The translations under genes and the position numbers were made by a program. A stretch of DNA of 64,000 bases, taken from NCBI GenBank assembly GCA_016839705.1, contig JAEOTR010000014.1, positions 1-64,000 of the forward strand. Direction: 5' to 3'. A model generated the notes under the pieces. It was not told where the DNA came from. It did no database searches and saw only the letters and a program-made list of their open reading frames with translations. This DNA comes from Promethearchaeota archaeon. Lineage in GTDB: Archaea > Asgardarchaeota > Lokiarchaeia > Sigyniarchaeales > SOKP01. Numbering within the stretch: the stretch's first letter is position 1; each line of letters begins with the position of its first letter. Shown here piece by piece: positions 59,820 to 64,000 of the stretch.

Positions 59820-60473
59820 TTATTGTCTATTTGAAAATACAAGGCAATAACTATGATCATAACCAAAGGATTCTCTATCTCTAGGACCTTCCCACCCAAT
59901 AATTACTTCACCTTCGAAACGCATTATGTCCGAGATTGTTTTCCCTATATCCCAAGCTAACGTAGTTAATCCCTCTGTTTTGAGATTTGAAACCATAACT
60001 GTGATGTATGAATGTGGTTTTAAAAATGTTTTAAGATCTGTGAAAATTTTTTGCACGTCATTTAGGTATTTTGTGTAATTACCTTCCGTTTTATATCCAT
60101 TCAGCGGATTTCTAGTTTCATTTTTTGACATGAATATTGGAGAAGTAAAAACAAAATCTATAGGAGGGAGATTGTAATCGAGTAACTTTCGAGTATCCCC
60201 GTGAATCATGTTTTCTTTATTTTTAATTATAGAAGTGACATAGTTACAGCGATCCTCAAGATATTCAATACCATAAGGCACACGGTTTAATTTTTCTGCT
60301 AGGATTAAGGTAGTTCCCAATCCCGCAAATATATCCAGTACAGTATCGCCAGGTTTCGTAAATTCTTTGATAAAATATTCAACAACTTCTTCGGGTGAAC
60401 GGTTATCATACTCCTTGAATTTTTCAGGGATTTCTAATCGATGCTCTCTTTTACAAATAATAAATGTTCGCAA
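59820..60473 (-). CDS. N4/N6 DNA methylase-like / TRM11-like SAM methyltransferase
   Basis: FTKPGDTVLDIFAGLGTT, GIE, GD, FTSPIF (degenerate SPPY). Confidence 0.75.
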   Translation of the reverse strand: MRTFIICKREHRLEIPEKFKEYDNRSPEEVVEYFIKEFTKPGDTVLDIFAGLGTTLILAEKLNRVPYGIEYLEDRCNYVTSIIKNKENMIHGDTRKLLDYNLPPIDFVFTSPIFMSKNETRNPLNGYKTEGNYTKYLNDVQKIFTDLKTFLKPHSYITVMVSNLKTEGLTTLAWDIGKTISDIMRFEGEVIIGWEGPRDRESFGYDHSYCLVFSNRQ

Positions 60474-60604
60474 TCAAATCATCACTCTTAATTTAATTAA
60501 ATATTCTTTTTGAGAAAATTTATTACTATTCTTTATCTTTTATTTTTAAAAAAGGCATTTGGTTATTAATGTTAAATTATTCTAAATAGGAATTAATGGT
60601 TTAG

Positions 60605-62005
60605 ATGAGTAAAGATCTTGCAATCCCTAGAAATCAAGTAGAAAGATTACTCAACATCTACAAATTAGATGAGGGGCAAAAGAACTTAATTTTTCAAGAA
60701 TTCACTAAATTTAAGCCCCAAACATCAATTAGACAATTCATTAAAGATCTCTCTAAAAGAATTGAGCTTCCAGAAGATTTACTTCAAAATTTTTTTTGGT
60801 TTTCATTTGATACTTATGAAGTTTTCTTAGAGAGTGGTGAACCTTTCAATAAATTCTTTAATAATCTAATAAAATCTCCGATTGAGAATGATCTTCCAGA
60901 TTTAGCAAAGGAAATTAATAATTTTACTGATTTAAGAAACTTCTTCTCAAGAATGATTAAAATAGTAGATTTTGAGTATTATAAGGTTTTCTCTTTAGAA
61001 GGCATCAATCAGATTAATATCGGTTTTTCTAACATTGTTAGCTTATATCTTTTCACCGTAAGAGATAATATTGTTCTTATTGATGCAGGTTATTCGACGA
61101 AATACTGGCAAAATGCTTTTCATAAAGCCTTAAACGATCTGCAGATCAACCTTAAAGAGATTGATTACTGTATTATTACGCATGAACATCCCGACCATAC
61201 AGGTCTAGTAACAGAACTAAAAAGAGCAAATCCAGATGTAAAAATCTGTATCCACAAAATTGCCCATGAGCTAGCTAAATTAAGAAAGGAATTGAGTGAA
61301 AATTCTAACTTGGAAGAAAAAATCAGGGAAAGAAGACAATTACTCATTAGTTACGGTCTCAAGAGGGAAGAAGTTGATTTAATGATGCAAAGATTTGGAA
61401 CAGGGGGGATGAGATTTGAATACAATGAACCAGATTTATTACTTAATAATAATGATAGAATCGTAGATGGTGAACTTCAAATTATACATTCTCCAGGTCA
61501 TTCCGTTGGGCATATATGTATATATTATCCTAAAAAAGGCATTTTATTCTCTGGAGACCATATATTAAGCAAGATTACTCCACACTTGGGCACTCTGGTA
61601 ATTCCGGGTGCTGAAGAGTTTAACAAAAAAAACAACTATGAAAACATCTTAGAACATTATCTAAGATCTCTGGATATAATCGATGAGCTGAATTCAAGAA
61701 TAATTTTACCCGGTCACGAGCAGATCATCTACGATCCCCATGAAAGAATAACCGCAATTAAAAATCATCACCAAAATCGACTTTATGAGATATCTAAAAT
61801 AATTGAAAATAATCCATTGACACCCCTACAGATTGCTCTTCATCACTTCGGTGAGGATTTAGACCAGATGAATAAGATGCTTGCAATTAGTGAAACTTTA
61901 GTTCATTTGGATTACTTAGAATTCCAAAATAAGGTACACAAAACAAAAAAAAACGGATTACTTCTCTATTGGTCTGAAAATCTTTGGGAAAAAATTGAAT
62001 TTTAG
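60605..62005 (+). CDS. Metallo-beta-lactamase-fold hydrolase with N-terminal extension and C-terminal winged helix
   Basis: LIDAG, THEHPDH, PGHS.GH, SGDH, PGH, ET..HL.YL. Confidence 0.88.
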   Translation: MSKDLAIPRNQVERLLNIYKLDEGQKNLIFQEFTKFKPQTSIRQFIKDLSKRIELPEDLLQNFFWFSFDTYEVFLESGEPFNKFFNNLIKSPIENDLPDLAKEINNFTDLRNFFSRMIKIVDFEYYKVFSLEGINQINIGFSNIVSLYLFTVRDNIVLIDAGYSTKYWQNAFHKALNDLQINLKEIDYCIITHEHPDHTGLVTELKRANPDVKICIHKIAHELAKLRKELSENSNLEEKIRERRQLLISYGLKREEVDLMMQRFGTGGMRFEYNEPDLLLNNNDRIVDGELQIIHSPGHSVGHICIYYPKKGILFSGDHILSKITPHLGTLVIPGAEEFNKKNNYENILEHYLRSLDIIDELNSRIILPGHEQIIYDPHERITAIKNHHQNRLYEISKIIENNPLTPLQIALHHFGEDLDQMNKMLAISETLVHLDYLEFQNKVHKTKKNGLLLYWSENLWEKIEF

Positions 62006-62136
62006 TTTAGATTTGTTCTTTTACAATTAAGAACCATTATAAGAAATTTAAAAGGTTAAAATCATTTAGTCTAGCTAACGGTTAACTTAGCATTTGAAGA
62101 GTAACTTTAAAAAAAAAAACAAATTAATGAGATATT

Positions 62137-62973
62137 ATGACAGTAAAAACAAATTTTATAGATGTAGAAGAACCAGGTGTAGCAGTAATTACTGGTGCGA
62201 GTTCAGGAATAGGACAATCATTCGCACGAATCTTAAGTTCTCAAGGTTTTGATTTAGTTATTACTGCTCGAAGAAAAAACAGGTTGGAAGCTCTAGCTTC
62301 AGAATTGAAGCAAAAAGATGGTATCACTGTTGAGATTATGACAGGTGATCTTTCCCAACCTGAGTTTATGGATCAAGTTGCTTCATATATCGAAACAATC
62401 GAAAATCTTGATGTATTGGTTAACAATGCGGGATTCGGAACCCTTGAAAATTATATTAGCAAAGAGTCCAACATCAGCGCTTTTATGACGATGCTCAATC
62501 TTCACTGTGGTGCCATAGTTCGCTTAATGCATGCTGGATTGAAAGTGATGCGAAAAAATGAAAGAGGAGTAATTTTCAACATCTCTTCCATAGCATCACT
62601 AACATTACACGGTTCGCGAGAACCAATGTATCATGCAACAAAAGCATTTGTTTCAGCTTTCACAGAGATGGTTCAACTCAAATTAAACTTCATTAAATCA
62701 AAAGTGAAGCTTAAAAGTATTTGTCCGGGGAATACTCATACGGAAATCTTTGGCCCCGCAGCTATCGCTACACCTGGAAGGTTTGGTGGCCCGATGTCCC
62801 CTGAAGAAGTAGTAAACATTGCGTTAAATTCGTATAAAAATAAAGATATCATTGTAATTACAGGAGACCATAATATAGATGAAGTAATGGAATGGCGTGA
62901 GGCAGCGTATAATAAACCAGGCAGATACTTTTCAAAAGAGTTCACAAAATCAGGACTGTATAAAAAACTATAA
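62137..62973 (+). CDS. Short-chain dehydrogenase/reductase
   Basis: TGASSGIG, NNAG, SS, YHATK. Confidence 0.92.
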   Translation: MTVKTNFIDVEEPGVAVITGASSGIGQSFARILSSQGFDLVITARRKNRLEALASELKQKDGITVEIMTGDLSQPEFMDQVASYIETIENLDVLVNNAGFGTLENYISKESNISAFMTMLNLHCGAIVRLMHAGLKVMRKNERGVIFNISSIASLTLHGSREPMYHATKAFVSAFTEMVQLKLNFIKSKVKLKSICPGNTHTEIFGPAAIATPGRFGGPMSPEEVVNIALNSYKNKDIIVITGDHNIDEVMEWREAAYNKPGRYFSKEFTKSGLYKKL

Positions 62974-63024
62974 TTCAACTATTTTACATTTTATAATTTT
63001 AAAATATTTTCCGAATGATTGTTA

Positions 63025-63777
63025 ATGCCTGTTGAACCTAAAATCGCTTCCACGGTAATTCTATTACGTGAACGAGAGCCAGACTTAGAATCTGAGGATG
63101 ATTGTGAATTTGAAGTATTCATGGCTAAAAGACATGAAAACGCGAGATTTATGAGTGAACATCACGTCTTCCCCGGTGGTGGAATCGACGAACAAGACTT
63201 AACCGAAGAATCAAGAGCAAGGTTAGTAGGAATTGATGAAAAAGTTATTAATAAGTTAAAAGAAATATGTGAAGATCCAGCTAATCTTTGGATAATTGCA
63301 ATCCGTGAGTTATTTGAAGAAACGGGGGTTTTAATCGCTATTAATAAAACAGGAAATCCACAAGGAATAATTGAAGAAACACCCAAGAAAGTAAAGAAAT
63401 ATCAGAAGAATCTTCAAAAAAAACGCAGAACTATGACAAGTGTTTTAAAAAGGGAAAATCTTTATTATGCGGGGAATAATTTAAGGTATTTTGGAAGACT
63501 GGTGACTCCAGAAATATCCCCTATTAGATTTGATACACAATTCTTTTTATGCAAATTTCCCAAAAATCAGAACATTAATTTATTTAATGATGAATTAACA
63601 GAGTGTTTATGGGGATCTCCAAAACATTTACTTGAGCTTTTTAAAAAAAAACAAATAAAATTAATATTCCCTCAATATTCCACACTCCAGCGATTGAAAG
63701 AGTTTAGAACTATTCAAGAGGTATTTGAAAATTCAAAAGAAGTGTCTAGTCATAATCGACTGAATGATTTCCAATAG
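63025..63777 (+). CDS. NUDIX hydrolase (NUDT19-like)
   Basis: VFPGG.ID...AIRELFEETG, TP....RFDTQFF. Confidence 0.88.
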   Translation: MPVEPKIASTVILLREREPDLESEDDCEFEVFMAKRHENARFMSEHHVFPGGGIDEQDLTEESRARLVGIDEKVINKLKEICEDPANLWIIAIRELFEETGVLIAINKTGNPQGIIEETPKKVKKYQKNLQKKRRTMTSVLKRENLYYAGNNLRYFGRLVTPEISPIRFDTQFFLCKFPKNQNINLFNDELTECLWGSPKHLLELFKKKQIKLIFPQYSTLQRLKEFRTIQEVFENSKEVSSHNRLNDFQ

Positions 63778-63842
63778 AGATTTTGGTAGGTTATAAGAAG
63801 GGTCTTCTTTTAGATTTTTTTAAGCAAAACAAAATTTAGGCT

Positions 63843-63998
63843 TTAGTACATTAAAATGCCAGTTTGTTGAGTTTCATTAAATATTTCGTTAGCTTTTATA
63901 AACAGATAAGTTTTTTCCCATAATTCGGAATTGACTCTTATAAGTTTTCCACTAACTTTTATAGCATCCCCAACACTTACATAACATAATTTTGAGCA
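63843..63998 (-). CDS. C-terminal fragment of a gene running off the window edge (OB-fold-like)
   Basis: Manual translation ...VSVGDAIKVSGKL...IKANEIFNETQQTGILMY*. Confidence 0.5.
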   Translation of the reverse strand, partial: CSKLCYVSVGDAIKVSGKLIRVNSELWEKTYLFIKANEIFNETQQTGILMY

Positions 63999-64000
63999 TT

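Noticed and set aside
137-63386. Many short (60-120 aa) antisense or out-of-frame ORFs in the track (e.g. 7734-7991, 26274-26618, 43478-43732, 55991-56344, 58468-58782)
   Set aside because: They overlap well-supported genes and show no motifs; treated as shadow ORFs.

Overview
AT-rich, densely coding archaeal chromosome segment with about 60 genes, both ends cutting a gene. Archaeal-type GlmU/GlmM/PurSQL/PyrE, T-rich gene ends, many bacterial-like metabolic genes, short MCP-like genes and stand-alone 7TM and Zn-ribbon proteins suggest an Asgard archaeon (Lokiarchaeia-like); this is inferred, not tested. Content: an amino-sugar cluster (glmU, LbH-only GlmU-like gene, glmS, nagB-like, glmM); an AGPS-like flavoprotein/CCG Fe-S protein/FGGY kinase operon; purC and purSQL; two PadR loci (Hsp20; ABC-2 exporter); MCP genes flanking a CdrS-like RHH gene missed by the ORF track; orphan E1 alpha/beta; a ZIP transporter; two orphan methyltransferases; nadE; and an AGXT2/MMSDH/ADHFE1-like cluster. 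I saw no rRNA, tRNA, CRISPR array or transposase. The best candidates for new biology are (1) a two-TM protein with an RGG/aromatic low-complexity tail, an outer domain resembling eukaryotic APD1-4 E3 ligases and a double Zn ribbon, co-transcribed with a CBS membrane protein, and (2) a Pro-rich coiled-coil protein ending in an ESCRT-I steadiness-box-like segment. All family calls come from motif recognition by eye; no searches were run.
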